The notes under the pieces: generated by a model
The model's database searches: none
What the model was told of the DNA's origin: nothing
Seen by the model: the letters and a program-made list of their open reading frames with translations, nothing else
Shown: one piece after another, positions 40,090 to 50,364 of the stretch
Layout: the number at the start of each line of letters is the position of its first letter
Position numbering within the stretch: the first letter of the stretch is position 1
NCBI GenBank assembly: GCA_963667845.2
Contig: CAXXVL010000001.1
Span: 384,001 to 448,000, forward strand
Source of the DNA: Smithellaceae bacterium
GTDB lineage: Bacteria; Desulfobacterota; Syntrophia; Syntrophales; Smithellaceae
Direction of reading: 5' to 3'
Length of the DNA stretch: 64,000 nt
Made by a program: the position numbers and the translations under genes

Positions 40090-41283
40090 CTAGATGATCT
40101 TCTGCTCTTTGAATTTTTCTAAATCTTCCGTGTTGTATCCCAGGACATCACCATAAATGGAGTCGTTATCTTCACCAAGCAGTGATGCCCGCCTGGCTAC
40201 AGACCCGGGTGTCCGGGACAATTTAATCTCGACGCCCGGTACGGGAACAATCCCGCTTTCCGGATACTCAAGTTCAACAAGCATTTCCCGGGCCGATACC
40301 TGGGGAACTTTCAGCGAGGCGGGAACATCATTGACCGGTCCGCAGGGCAATCCCGCCTTGTCCAGTATGGCCATAACTTCGGCAACCGTCTTATCTTTAG
40401 TCCATTCCTCAATGACCACATCCACGTCCTGATAATTGCGGTATCGCGCAAGATTGTCTTTGAAACGTCGATCGGTAATCATGTCTTCGCGCTTAAGGAT
40501 TTGGCACATGCGCCGCCACATGCTATTGCCGACGATATTCATCACAACATAACCGTCTTTCGCCCGGGCACTGCAGCAATACGCGTAAAAGCCCCCGTTG
40601 CCTACGGGCTTCCTGATTTCCCCGTTGACCAGGTACTCGGAAGCGCAACCTGATGCCGCGGCCATCCCGAAAGCGACGTCGAAAAGCGCGACATCCACCA
40701 ATTGCCCCACTCCGCTGTGATAACGTTCATGCAGGGCCAGCATGGCGCCAAGCGCCGCCCGGGCTCCCGTATTGAAGTCGATAAAATTGAGACCCGGACG
40801 AAGTGGGGGATCGCCGGGATACCCCGTAAAGCTCATGATACCGGACATTGCCTGAGCAATGACGTCGAAACAGGGGCGTTCGGCATAGGGTCCTGTCTGT
40901 CCGAAACCGGATACGGCAACGACGATCAAGGCCGGATTAACTCCGCTCAATCGTTCATAATCGAAAACATTGGCTTCTTCCGTGCCTTTCGGGCTATTGT
41001 GGACCAGGATGTCTGTTTCTTTGACAAGCTCATCCAGAATTTGCCTGCCTTTGTCCGTCCGCAGATTCAATGTAATATTCTTTTTGTTCCGCTGATAAGA
41101 CAGGCCGCAAGTCATCGATTGACCATCCGGTGCGAAAGGCCCCAGTTCGCGGTCAACTTTTCCTCCCGGAGGTTCTACACGAATGACGTCCGCGCCATGA
41201 TCCGCCAGCATCATGCAACAATAGGGCGCCGCGATGTAGCCGCCCATGTCCAGCACCTTGATTCCATCAAGCGCTCGCTTCAC
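40090..41283 (-). CDS. Family III (CaiB/BaiF) CoA-transferase
   Basis: ALDGIKVLD, IAAPYC, GADVIRVE, RNKKNITLNL, FDVIAQAMSG; probable GTG start after AAAGGA. Confidence 0.92.
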   Translation of the reverse strand: MKRALDGIKVLDMGGYIAAPYCCMMLADHGADVIRVEPPGGKVDRELGPFAPDGQSMTCGLSYQRNKKNITLNLRTDKGRQILDELVKETDILVHNSPKGTEEANVFDYERLSGVNPALIVVAVSGFGQTGPYAERPCFDVIAQAMSGIMSFTGYPGDPPLRPGLNFIDFNTGARAALGAMLALHERYHSGVGQLVDVALFDVAFGMAAASGCASEYLVNGEIRKPVGNGGFYAYCCSARAKDGYVVMNIVGNSMWRRMCQILKREDMITDRRFKDNLARYRNYQDVDVVIEEWTKDKTVAEVMAILDKAGLPCGPVNDVPASLKVPQVSAREMLVELEYPESGIVPVPGVEIKLSRTPGSVARRASLLGEDNDSIYGDVLGYNTEDLEKFKEQKII

Positions 41284-41518
41284 GATTAAATCCTTTCTGA
41301 ACTGAGGGGATGCCCCATGAATTCTAAGTTTCCAAGGGGCAACGTTCTGCAAAGCACCTTAGCATCTTTTCGGGTTTCTCTCTATCATGTCTAGGACCAA
41401 GCGGGACGCCCTTAAGCAATACATTCATGGATCTGCCAGGCTTGATGCCCATGGGACGAGACACCCAGACGCTGTTCACTTATGACTCCTGAGAAGTAAA
41501 CCCGCTTTTTTTGTCTTC

Positions 41519-42301
41519 TCATTCGTCGACTTTGGCTGTCGTGAGGATGACACCGCCATCCACTGCGACGGTGACACCGACCACATAATCACCGGCACGG
41601 GATGCCAGATAGACGGCAATGCCGGCCATGTCCTCATCGCGTCCGATCCGTTTTGCGGGCACACGCGCCGCGACAACATCCGCCTGATCGCGGGCCACTG
41701 TATTCATTTCCGAAGCGAATGCTCCGGGGGCGATCCCGTTGACGAGAATATTGTCCTGGACCAGGCGAAGGGCCATACGGCGCGTCAGATGAATCAATCC
41801 CGCTTTGCTTGCGGCATAAGAATAGGTTTCCTGGGGATTCACAAAAATGCCGTCGATCGAAGCAACATTGATGATCTTTGCGGGTCGTGTCTTGGCCGCA
41901 TTCCGCAAGGGCGCAATGAGGGCCTGGCTTAAAAAGAACGGCGTTTTCATGTTCAAATCGACAATTTTATCCCAGCCTTTTTCCGAGAATTTGTCGAAGG
42001 GCTCCAGCCATGCGGCCCCGGCATTATTCACGAGAATATCAAGTTTGTCTTCGCGGGATGTATACGCTTTGGCGAGAGCTCTCGCGCCATCAACGGATGA
42101 AACATCCATAGGCAGGGGAAAGCAGGGGCCTAACGGGGAGAGCTCTTCCGCCGTCTTTTCGCACGCCTCGGCTTTGCGCGAGGAGATATAAACCCGTGCA
42201 CCTTGTTCAAGGAATCCGGCTGCGATCATACGGCCGATCCCCCGGGAACCGCCCGTAATAAGAGCCGTGCGGCCCTTTAATGAAAAAAGATCTTGCATCA
42301 T
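41519..42301 (-). CDS. Short-chain dehydrogenase/reductase
   Basis: TGGSRGIG, NNAG, YAASK, IAPG, VDGG; GGAGG RBS. Confidence 0.93.
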   Translation of the reverse strand: MMQDLFSLKGRTALITGGSRGIGRMIAAGFLEQGARVYISSRKAEACEKTAEELSPLGPCFPLPMDVSSVDGARALAKAYTSREDKLDILVNNAGAAWLEPFDKFSEKGWDKIVDLNMKTPFFLSQALIAPLRNAAKTRPAKIINVASIDGIFVNPQETYSYAASKAGLIHLTRRMALRLVQDNILVNGIAPGAFASEMNTVARDQADVVAARVPAKRIGRDEDMAGIAVYLASRAGDYVVGVTVAVDGGVILTTAKVDE

Positions 42302-42407
42302 TTTAATTATCCTCCATTTTATCTTTTTGTAAATTGGGCTTATTAGAAACAATTCTTGAAGTCAATTGAATAATAGAAATAGATAATGGGATGCTCTTAC
42401 CTGATTC

Positions 42408-42513
42408 GGGGGACATAACACTTAATTATTTTCTTTTACGAATAACTGACAATTTCAGTAAGTAATCCGCGTTTTCTTCAAAACACATGAATTGATATTT
42501 TGAAGAACAGCCC
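42408..42513. repeat. Short element with GGGGAC...(A)GCCC ends
   Basis: Left GGGGACATAACACTTAATTATTTT matches 38123; right TGAATTGATATTTTGAAG matches 29722 and 45665. Confidence 0.65.
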
Positions 42514-43880
42514 TATTTTTTCCCGTCCCCAATCGTCTCCTCAACTTGCACAGGACTTGCCGTAGCCGGCCGGGCAGGCCGATGTCTGCGTTTCCGTCTT
42601 CTGCGCCGTTTCGCCGGCGCTTCATCGGGCGGCGTTTCCGTAATGATGGAAGAAGGCTTCCCTGAAAGAAACGCTTCCCACCAGGCCAGAGCGGATTGAT
42701 TTTCCCCTCGCAACTCCCCTTCGAGATGGAGGTACGCCAGGGCGTCTGCAAATTCAGGTCTCCTGACTATGACGGAAGGACGACGCGGCGGCACTGTGTG
42801 AAGCAAGTGCTGCATGGCAAGAATGTTGCGCAGCTGGTTTACGACCTTTCCGGGAATGCTCACGGTCCGGGAGCACTCTTCGATGAACTCCGTGCAAACG
42901 GCATCCTGTGTCAACCGGCCGGGGATACCCTCCCGGTGGCGGGCCTGCGATGTTTCCGTGAGGAGGGGACCGAAGAATGCGGCAAAGAAAAGCGCCGGGG
43001 ATGACGGTATTCCCGTCTGGCATCGCTGGTCGAGATGTCCAAGATTTACGTTCATGATGTTCAGGCGATCGGCGTTTCCGCCGAGCCACAGACTTAGCCC
43101 GGGAAAGAGGGCGGCAAGGAGTCCGCTTTCGTGCATGAGACCGAAAGCCGGACGCGCAGCGCCGAACAGGAAGAGTTTCAAAACCTCTTCATAGAGCCTT
43201 CCCGGTGACGCGCGGGAAATTGTGGAGGACAACTCGCAGAGGGTCTCCCACGCGGCAGGTTCGATGACAAAATCATGGGATGCAGCAAAACGAACGGCGC
43301 GGAGCATGCGCACCGGGTCTTCCGTAAATCGTACGTATGGGTCGCCGATGGGGCGAATGATCCCCTCGCGCAGGTCGCCAAGTCCCGTCGAGTAGTCAAT
43401 GACCGAATAATCCGCGATATTGTAGGCAAGGGCATTGATCGTAAAGTCACGGCGGAGGGCATCCTGTTCCGGTGTGCCAAAGACGTTGTCACGCAGAACC
43501 ATTCCGGAGTCATCCTTGAGGTGACGGGGGTTGCGGTTATTGGGAACCGGCTTTTCCATATCCGATTCATCAGAGAGGGCATCAGCCCGAAACGTGGAAA
43601 CTTCGAGGATTTCGTCGGCAAAGTGCAGATGGGCCAACCGGAAGCGGCGGCCGACAAGACGGCAATTGCGAAAGAGACGTTTGATCTGACCCGGTCTGGC
43701 GTCTGTTGCGATGTCGAAGTCTTTGGGTGTGCGCTCCAGGAGCAGGTCGCGGACACACCCCCCGATCAAATAGGCAATAAAGCCGTTGTCGCGGAGTCGG
43801 TAAAGTGTGCGGAGAACATTCCGGTCTATCTTTTTCCGGGAGATCCGGTGTTCCTTCCGGGGAATGATTAGTGGCTGCAT
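42513..43880 (-). CDS. pcnB: Poly(A) polymerase I
   Basis: LIGGCVRDLLL..PKDFDIAT, PAP-specific LVGRRFRLAH, RRDFTINAL, EDPVRMLRAVRF, Arg-rich C-terminus. Confidence 0.93.
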   Translation of the reverse strand: MQPLIIPRKEHRISRKKIDRNVLRTLYRLRDNGFIAYLIGGCVRDLLLERTPKDFDIATDARPGQIKRLFRNCRLVGRRFRLAHLHFADEILEVSTFRADALSDESDMEKPVPNNRNPRHLKDDSGMVLRDNVFGTPEQDALRRDFTINALAYNIADYSVIDYSTGLGDLREGIIRPIGDPYVRFTEDPVRMLRAVRFAASHDFVIEPAAWETLCELSSTISRASPGRLYEEVLKLFLFGAARPAFGLMHESGLLAALFPGLSLWLGGNADRLNIMNVNLGHLDQRCQTGIPSSPALFFAAFFGPLLTETSQARHREGIPGRLTQDAVCTEFIEECSRTVSIPGKVVNQLRNILAMQHLLHTVPPRRPSVIVRRPEFADALAYLHLEGELRGENQSALAWWEAFLSGKPSSIITETPPDEAPAKRRRRRKRRHRPARPATASPVQVEETIGDGKK

Positions 43881-43889
43881 GTGTGCAAC

Positions 43890-43972
43890 ATAGCACACCA
43901 AATCGAAAAAGCAAGATTTCGGCGTTATTTGCTATGGATTGGAATATTGGATACCCGCTAAAAATCATCGGG
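43890..43972 (-). repeat. 83-bp direct repeat, copy 1, containing the predicted pcnB promoter
   Basis: 79/83 identical to 45376-45458; minus strand TTGCTT-16-TATGTT with TGn extension. Confidence 0.9.
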
Positions 43973-44083
43973 AACAGAGGTTGAAAAAATATCCGACAGC
44001 CGGAATGCTATACTGGCAAGGATTTTAAGCTATTTGTATTGAAGAAGTTAATAAATTTACAGCGTCCCCTTGGTCTCACCCGA

Positions 44084-45298
44084 TCAACGGCAGTCTCCAC
44101 TAACTTTAGTTTTTTTTAACAATTCGCAGCTTCCCAGTGCGCACGCTTTTTTTGCGTCAGAACAGCCAAGCGTGATTTCACCCGACGATAAATAAGCATA
44201 TCCCCGCATAGAGTAGGCGGAGCCATCATCCGGTTTCAGGCGGATGGCTTCATCATAATCATTGATGGCCGGTTTATAGCGTTCCAGTCTGGCATGAAAA
44301 GATCCTCGTATCCTGTAAGCGTCCGCATAATCCGGTTTCAGGCGAATGGCCTCGTTTAGATATTCAATGCCCTTCAGGAAATCAGTGAGTTCTGTGCTGT
44401 TATTCAGAATAAGCGCCTTGCCGTACCATGCCTCTGCAGCGCCGATTGCTGCATCAGAATCTCCAGGCGCTTTCGATTGACCAACGGGCAGCGTGTCTCC
44501 AAAAGTCTCTGCTGTCGCCGACCCTTTGCTTTTGTTGAAGTTTTTTATTTGTGGAATTGCGAACAGAATGCCGCCGACCACTATCATAACCACGATAACC
44601 GTCATATATAGCGCAAACGATTCCCCTATACCGTGTAACTTTGTTTTCCAGCTGGCGCCGTTTTGTTTTCTGTGTTTTTTCCGTACCGGCTCGTCTGCCC
44701 TGAACCCGACTTCTTCCCCTTTCAGTTTACACCTGACTATTCTCAGCTGTCTCACGAAGAAAGGTGTGACGTCATACAATCCCGGTACAAATTCTTCGGC
44801 GAATCTGAGGCATCCCGAGAATACGCAAAATGTGGGAACAAAAGCAACAGTAAGAGCTGTGTCCATGTTCTTGAAATAGCCCGTGTAATGAATATAAAGT
44901 GCGACAATATATGTTAAAGGCAGTCCTGCGAAAATGATGCGGCCAAAAAAACCCCTGAAAGAATAGAAATATTGGATGATATGCAGAAATTTTAACAGCG
45001 CGCCGACGATGAAACAAATTAATAAAGAAGTCAGTGTCAGATTAAGTGTGAGGCCGACAATATTTCTACTGAATAAATCATTCGTGATGCGATAACTTTC
45101 TTCGTAAAATACCGCATATGCCTGTCCCACTTGCGTATATGTAAATATAAGCCACAGGTATTTTGAATAATATAAAAGAAAAATATAGGCGAGTGCTGTG
45201 AAAGCAAATAGCAATATAAGCTCTGCAACTCCGCCCACCGGCTTTTTAAAACGGGTGAGTAATTTTGCCGCTTTAATTTTGAGCTGCTCTCGATTCAT
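44084..45298 (-). CDS. Multi-pass membrane protein with C-terminal TPR repeats
   Basis: About five TM segments; EAIRLKPDYADAYRIRG and DEAIRLKPDDGSAYSMRG; ends CSDAKKACALGSC. Confidence 0.85.
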   Translation of the reverse strand: MNREQLKIKAAKLLTRFKKPVGGVAELILLFAFTALAYIFLLYYSKYLWLIFTYTQVGQAYAVFYEESYRITNDLFSRNIVGLTLNLTLTSLLICFIVGALLKFLHIIQYFYSFRGFFGRIIFAGLPLTYIVALYIHYTGYFKNMDTALTVAFVPTFCVFSGCLRFAEEFVPGLYDVTPFFVRQLRIVRCKLKGEEVGFRADEPVRKKHRKQNGASWKTKLHGIGESFALYMTVIVVMIVVGGILFAIPQIKNFNKSKGSATAETFGDTLPVGQSKAPGDSDAAIGAAEAWYGKALILNNSTELTDFLKGIEYLNEAIRLKPDYADAYRIRGSFHARLERYKPAINDYDEAIRLKPDDGSAYSMRGYAYLSSGEITLGCSDAKKACALGSCELLKKTKVSGDCR

Positions 45299-45375
45299 TT
45301 CAAAATAATCCTGCTCTATTTTGTCTTCTCATTCATTCAGCGTGGAATATCAACATTGGGGGCAGGTTTTGAAAT

Positions 45376-45458
45376 ATAGCACACCAAATCGAAAAAGCAA
45401 GATTTCGGCGTCATTTACTATGGATTGGAATATTGAATACCCGCTAAAAATTATCGGG
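45376..45458 (-). repeat. 83-bp direct repeat, copy 2, upstream of the TPR membrane gene
   Basis: 79/83 identical to 43890-43972; -10 reads TATATT. Confidence 0.9.
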
Positions 45459-45472
45459 CACAGGGCTACTAT

Positions 45473-45688
45473 GGGACGTACTTCAATATATTAAAATAAT
45501 ATGGACAGTGCCCTGTTTGGGATATCGAGGAGATGATTTGTTTTTCTTTGGCCTGCGCTGCCTGTTTCGTGAATCATAAATAGAGGGGGTGTTCTATTCA
45601 CTGAGAGAGGTATTGAAAAATCAGAGATGAATAATGGAACCGTGCGATTTTTCGCAAAGCACATCAATTGATATTTTGAAGTACGCCC
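45473..45688. mobile_element. MITE-like element with ~19-bp terminal inverted repeats
   Basis: GGGACGTACTTCAATATAT ... ATATTTTGAAGTACGCCC; no coding capacity. Confidence 0.7.
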
Positions 45689-45855
45689 TTCATTACAAAT
45701 ACATGCTTATTTATTTGTTATGATCGATTTATAAACATAATGAACTCATATTAACCGGACACTACCGCTAATATATACATCACTGGGCCTTTTGTCGTTT
45801 ACATAATGTGACCTGTGGGATATAGGAACCGAACATATTCCATTCAGGAGGAAAC

Positions 45856-47190
45856 ATGAAAACTCGAGTAAAGTTGTTCGCTGGTTTAATCCTCTTAACC
45901 GCCTTTGCAATTATTGCCTGCAGCGGTTCTGATGACCCCCGTTTCTATTCCTATACAGTGACCTTTGACAGTCAGGACGCAACGAAAGCGGCAGATCCGG
46001 CCGGTAAGACCGTACAATTCCCGGCAAAGACTGTTGACGCATTACCGGCAGAACCGACTAAGAACGGTTATATCTTTGGCGGCTGGTATACAGCGATTGG
46101 TGGAGGAGGAACCGAGTTTACAGCCGCTACAACAGTTTCGGCAGATATTACGGTTTATGCCAAATGGACGGTAAAATTAGTATATGCCATAGGTGACACC
46201 GGTCCGGGCGGTGGCGTTGTCTTCTATACAAGAGTTGACGGCACGGGTGGACTAGAGGTCGCGCCGGCATTGTGGAATGGCGGTTCTCCGGATCCCGGTC
46301 CGATACAATGGAGTACTATAACCAATGCTTTCGCGAATGGCGTAAGCGCGTTACCCACGGGAATAGGGACCGGATCCGCGAACACTGACGCGATTATCCT
46401 GCAAAATAGCGGTGCCGAGAGCGCGGCAAAGCTCTGCCGAGATTATACGGGTGGCGGTTTTTCTGACTGGTTTCTGCCGTCGAGAGACGAATTGGCGCAG
46501 CTATGGACAGCATTGGCATCCACAGCAAGTACCCGCACAACTTACGGCTTTAACGGTGACTATTACTGGAGTTCGTCTGAGGGCATTGCTTCCCGAGCTT
46601 GGCATCATTGGTTTTCAGACTTTGGCGGTCATGATGCTTATGATAAGATCTCTCCGTCCTACGTGCGTCCCGTTCGGGCTTTTGGAACCCCGCTCACCAC
46701 AGAGTACTTCAATGATGGATTCGAAGGGGGCGGCTGGAATTCCGCGAGGATCAGCGGCGACGGCGACTGGTCTATCGTTACTTCCGGAACTCATCCCACG
46801 CTCGTGCCCCGCAGCGGTTCTCATATGGCCCTCTTCCCATCCTATGATGCAAGCAGCGGCCATCAAGCGCGCATCTACCGCAGCATCAGTGGTTTTACGA
46901 TCCCCATCTCGCCTGCATCGGTCACACTGAGCTTCTTCATGTATCACGACCCCGGATACCCTACACCCCCGTATGACCGGGCGCAGGTCCAGGTATCAAC
47001 AGACGGGGGAAGCAACTGGATCAATGTGGGATCGGCTATCGACCGGTACAGCGCCACGGAGGGCTGGATTCAACACACGCTTGATCTGTCTGCCTACAAG
47101 GGGCAGACGGTCATCCTGGGTTTCGTCGGCATAAGCGAATACGGCAACAATATGTATCTTGATGATGTCTCGGTGATTGGACTGAATTAG
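45856..47190 (+). CDS. Lipoprotein: InlB B-repeat + DUF1566-like C-type-lectin domain + C-terminal jelly-roll (MAM/immune-inhibitor-like) domain
   Basis: Lipobox IIAC; YTVTFD...PTKNGYIFGGWY...ITVYAKW; YAIGDTGPGGGVVFY...DWFLPSRDEL...YWSSSE...VRPVRAF; FNDGFE...VQVSTDGGSNW...MYLDDV. Confidence 0.82.
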   Translation: MKTRVKLFAGLILLTAFAIIACSGSDDPRFYSYTVTFDSQDATKAADPAGKTVQFPAKTVDALPAEPTKNGYIFGGWYTAIGGGGTEFTAATTVSADITVYAKWTVKLVYAIGDTGPGGGVVFYTRVDGTGGLEVAPALWNGGSPDPGPIQWSTITNAFANGVSALPTGIGTGSANTDAIILQNSGAESAAKLCRDYTGGGFSDWFLPSRDELAQLWTALASTASTRTTYGFNGDYYWSSSEGIASRAWHHWFSDFGGHDAYDKISPSYVRPVRAFGTPLTTEYFNDGFEGGGWNSARISGDGDWSIVTSGTHPTLVPRSGSHMALFPSYDASSGHQARIYRSISGFTIPISPASVTLSFFMYHDPGYPTPPYDRAQVQVSTDGGSNWINVGSAIDRYSATEGWIQHTLDLSAYKGQTVILGFVGISEYGNNMYLDDVSVIGLN

Positions 47191-47261
47191 TTTAGCAGGA
47201 AGTATCGCGGCAATCCGAAAACCATTTCTGGATTGTCGGCGTTTCTTGGCAAACAAAAATT

Positions 47262-47291
47262 AAGCCCGGATATGATGGTATCCGGGCTTTT
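47262..47291. terminator. Terminator between convergent genes
   Basis: AAGCCCGGATA-loop-TATCCGGGCTTTT. Confidence 0.75.
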
Positions 47292-47303
47292 CTATATCTC
47301 CCG

Positions 47304-48065
47304 CTATTTCTTCTGGAAGCTGCATTGAATAACGCCGGAACCACCACTTAATAGTTTCTTGGTCACTTTTGTAAGAGTTTTTGACACCACTTCTATTTCA
47401 TATTCTGTTTTATGAAAACAGTAGTCCGGCCATTTCCCATGTTTATCGTACACCGACTCTTGACACACGTTGAAGGCTGTGGCGTATTTCAGAACCGGGG
47501 CAGTAACCTTCATGACTTGGCCTCCCGCAACAGCATATTTCCCGGTTCGAAACGCGTCGGGAACGTTATAAGTAGGCACACGCACTCCATCATCGCCGGC
47601 GCGTGTGATTTGAAACTCTTCCCTGGATGGACTGCAACCTTGAAGATTTTTTGTTTCCCATCCACTAAACGAGACCAGCACATCGATAATCTCCGGCAAG
47701 GTGAGTTCCTGCTCAGCCTTATACTCAAGTTTGTAGATCCGCTCCCGTATCTTTGCGGCCTCAGGGGAATTGGGGGCAAGGCGAAGGTACTGTTTGAAAC
47801 TTGCAATGGCCTCCTTTAGTTTTCCTGCCTTTTCCTCGGCAAGCCCAAGGTTATAGTGCACATTTGCCCAATCCGGCGCAAGACGTTTAGCTTGCATGAA
47901 TTCGTTGATAGCTGCGTCATACCCATCCTGTGATTTTGCCATCTCCATCGCAGCCTGCCCCCGTGCCATATGGCGGCGGGCCTCTTCGGATACGGTCTGG
48001 GCATTTACAATGGATATCAGCAAGGAACAGACGGCAAGAACTGTTATGATCATTTTGATCTTCAT
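47304..48065 (-). CDS. Secreted TPR-containing protein
   Basis: Signal peptide (VNA-Q); LAPDWANVHYNLGLA...AIASFKQYLRLAPN; unknown C-terminal domain. Confidence 0.85.
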   Translation of the reverse strand: MKIKMIITVLAVCSLLISIVNAQTVSEEARRHMARGQAAMEMAKSQDGYDAAINEFMQAKRLAPDWANVHYNLGLAEEKAGKLKEAIASFKQYLRLAPNSPEAAKIRERIYKLEYKAEQELTLPEIIDVLVSFSGWETKNLQGCSPSREEFQITRAGDDGVRVPTYNVPDAFRTGKYAVAGGQVMKVTAPVLKYATAFNVCQESVYDKHGKWPDYCFHKTEYEIEVVSKTLTKVTKKLLSGGSGVIQCSFQKK

Positions 48066-48316
48066 TATTTCTCCCTGCAATAAAGTAAGGCGTATCCGGA
48101 AATTCGTCGGCGCCTTTGTTTCCATCATTTTCCAATTCTGTCTCGACGGTTCTTCTTTCCCCACTTTTATAATCGGAATGTTTGATCTTATGACAAACTT
48201 AGCAGGTTTCCACGGATGGTTTTCGGCGATGTAATTTTAGCAACTGCTTCACATTCCGTTAACGGAATTGAGTTGGCGGCAATAACATTGACCAGGCATG
48301 CAGCATACTTTTTACA

Positions 48317-48622
48317 CTATTTGCTGCACTGGCACTTGCCGTTTACATACCTGCATCCGGATAAACAGCATTTGGCTTCATTAGGGGGAAGGCATGCACC
48401 GTTGCATTCCACACCGCCGCACCAGCTGCCGTTCCGATAGCACATGCCGGACATACAACATTTTGCTTCGTTGAACGGCAGGCATTGACCGCCGCATTCC
48501 GCTCCGCATGCTCCACTGGAAAGTGTGCATCCACCTGAAGCCTCACATTGCCCGGCATAAAGCGCCGGTGCCGCTATTAACAAAAACACCGCAATTTGTG
48601 CGAAAATAAAAAGTTTCTTCAT
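48317..48622 (-). CDS. Secreted cysteine-rich mini-protein (16 Cys) with internal duplication
   Basis: AAGGAG RBS, signal peptide ending LYA, two copies of ECxGxCLPxNEAKCCxSG. Confidence 0.82.
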   Translation of the reverse strand: MKKLFIFAQIAVFLLIAAPALYAGQCEASGGCTLSSGACGAECGGQCLPFNEAKCCMSGMCYRNGSWCGGVECNGACLPPNEAKCCLSGCRYVNGKCQCSK

Positions 48623-49017
48623 ATTTTTCTCCTTCTTCTTTTGTAAGGTAGAAAATGCGGCCTCATATGTCAATGAAATCTTGCGGCATGAAATGTGTTG
48701 GAGAAACAGGGGGACGCTGCTGATTTATTAACTTTCTCATGCCAGGACTATTAAATTGACTCTCCTGGATCACTTCAGTTATACTTTTGCCCGCACAGCA
48801 TCCCTCAAAATATGGCAAAGGGGTAAAACCATGATTAGACCGTCAAAGAAAAAATCCCGGAATAAATCAGAAACTCTCCCGATAAGCAGGTATTTCCTGG
48901 ATCTTGTCGCCTGCGCCGCGCTGACGTTGCTTTTTGCCGGATGCGCGACAACGCGACCCAACCTGCACCATGAATCGTAAACTCTTGTTACGATAAGAAA
49001 GGCATGAAGGGAGTAAA

Positions 49018-50145
49018 ATGAAGAAATCTACATTATTACTGTTTGTTGCTGTACTCATAGCCATGCTGACAGCATGCGTAAGCTCGACGACACTCAATCC
49101 GCCAATCGCCAATGCCGGAAAAGATCAATCAGTAATCGTTAATTCAACAGTTACTCTCGATGGCTCAGGCTCGACTGATCCTGACAATAACATTGTTTCC
49201 TACCAATGGGAACAGACAGATGGACCAACCGTAACACTAACCAATGCCAATTCGGTTACCTCACAGTTTATCGCCCCCATAACGGGATCGACGCTAACCT
49301 TTAAGTTGACCGTTATAGACGCAACTGGTTTGCAATCGACGGACACATGCATCATATCCGTTTCGCCCACAACCAGGATTGGACCTTTTATTGCGTCATA
49401 TTACGACGGTACTACTTTCGTGGCCTCGGAATCTGTGACACGACCGTCCATCAACTATAGTGGGTCAGATTTTCATGGCATTGACTCGGTGAACTTTAAT
49501 GCCACATGGACCGGCAATATAGAGGTGTTTAACGACCCGAAGATCATCAATCTAAACTTTGAAGTCCACTGGGCGGATATCTCGCTTTTTATTGACGGAG
49601 TGGAAATAGCTTCCTGGTCGAGAAGCAATCGTATTGTTCACCATCAATTCAGTCTTGGGGTTCACGAGATCGTAATCAAGTATCACAGCAACACACTTAC
49701 CACTGACTTCAACGCATCCTTTACCGACAACAGCATATACTCCAAAGACGAGGCAATAAACCTTATCCGGCCACAAATCGATGGCGGCACCCAGATCATT
49801 TATGTCGGCTGCTATGAGTCTGCTGATCTGTATAATAACAGCACCGTGACCCTAGACAAAACCGCTGCCAAGGTATTTCTGTTCCTGACTTCGTACCAAT
49901 CCCTGAACTGGATCATCCAAAATCCACATAACGTCACGATCACCGGCATTGCCTACAGTTCCTATTCTATAGTTACTACAGTTTCCGCCGATAAGAATGT
50001 TCCTACATTTGAGATTGCAGGGCTTGCTTACGGATACAGCAATTTTTCGGCGCCTTCCGCTGATATCAACTATATTGTCGGCAGGGCACCGGATTACACT
50101 TGCGGCACATATGGGCTGACGGAGATGCTAATATCGATACCTTAA
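49018..50145 (+). CDS. Lipoprotein with PKD/REJ-like Ig domain and PA14-like domain
   Basis: Lipobox LTAC; NPPIANAGKDQ...LDGSGSTDPD...YQWEQTDGP...FKLTVID; FNATWTG. Confidence 0.8.
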   Translation: MKKSTLLLFVAVLIAMLTACVSSTTLNPPIANAGKDQSVIVNSTVTLDGSGSTDPDNNIVSYQWEQTDGPTVTLTNANSVTSQFIAPITGSTLTFKLTVIDATGLQSTDTCIISVSPTTRIGPFIASYYDGTTFVASESVTRPSINYSGSDFHGIDSVNFNATWTGNIEVFNDPKIINLNFEVHWADISLFIDGVEIASWSRSNRIVHHQFSLGVHEIVIKYHSNTLTTDFNASFTDNSIYSKDEAINLIRPQIDGGTQIIYVGCYESADLYNNSTVTLDKTAAKVFLFLTSYQSLNWIIQNPHNVTITGIAYSSYSIVTTVSADKNVPTFEIAGLAYGYSNFSAPSADINYIVGRAPDYTCGTYGLTEMLISIP

Positions 50146-50184
50146 TCTAATCTCTTAAATTGGATTAGAGAGACAGAGGGACTG

Positions 50185-50364
50185 TGAATCTACCCCAGTT
50201 TAACGGACACTTCAAAAAGTATACAGAGTCGTATACAAAGAAGAAGAAAGGAGTGTCCGATGAGAAAGCAGAGGCAGTCATTTAGCCGGGAGTTTAAGCT
50301 GGAAGCCGTTCGATTAATGGAAGAAGGCAAGAAGCCACCTGCGGAACTGGCACGCGAGCTTGGG
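50185..50364 (+). mobile_element. IS3-family remnant: left inverted repeat and truncated orfA
   Basis: TGAATCTACCCCAGTTTAACGGACAC end; ATG50260 gives MRKQRQSFSREFKLEAVRLMEEGKKPPAELARELG, then homology stops. Confidence 0.85.
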
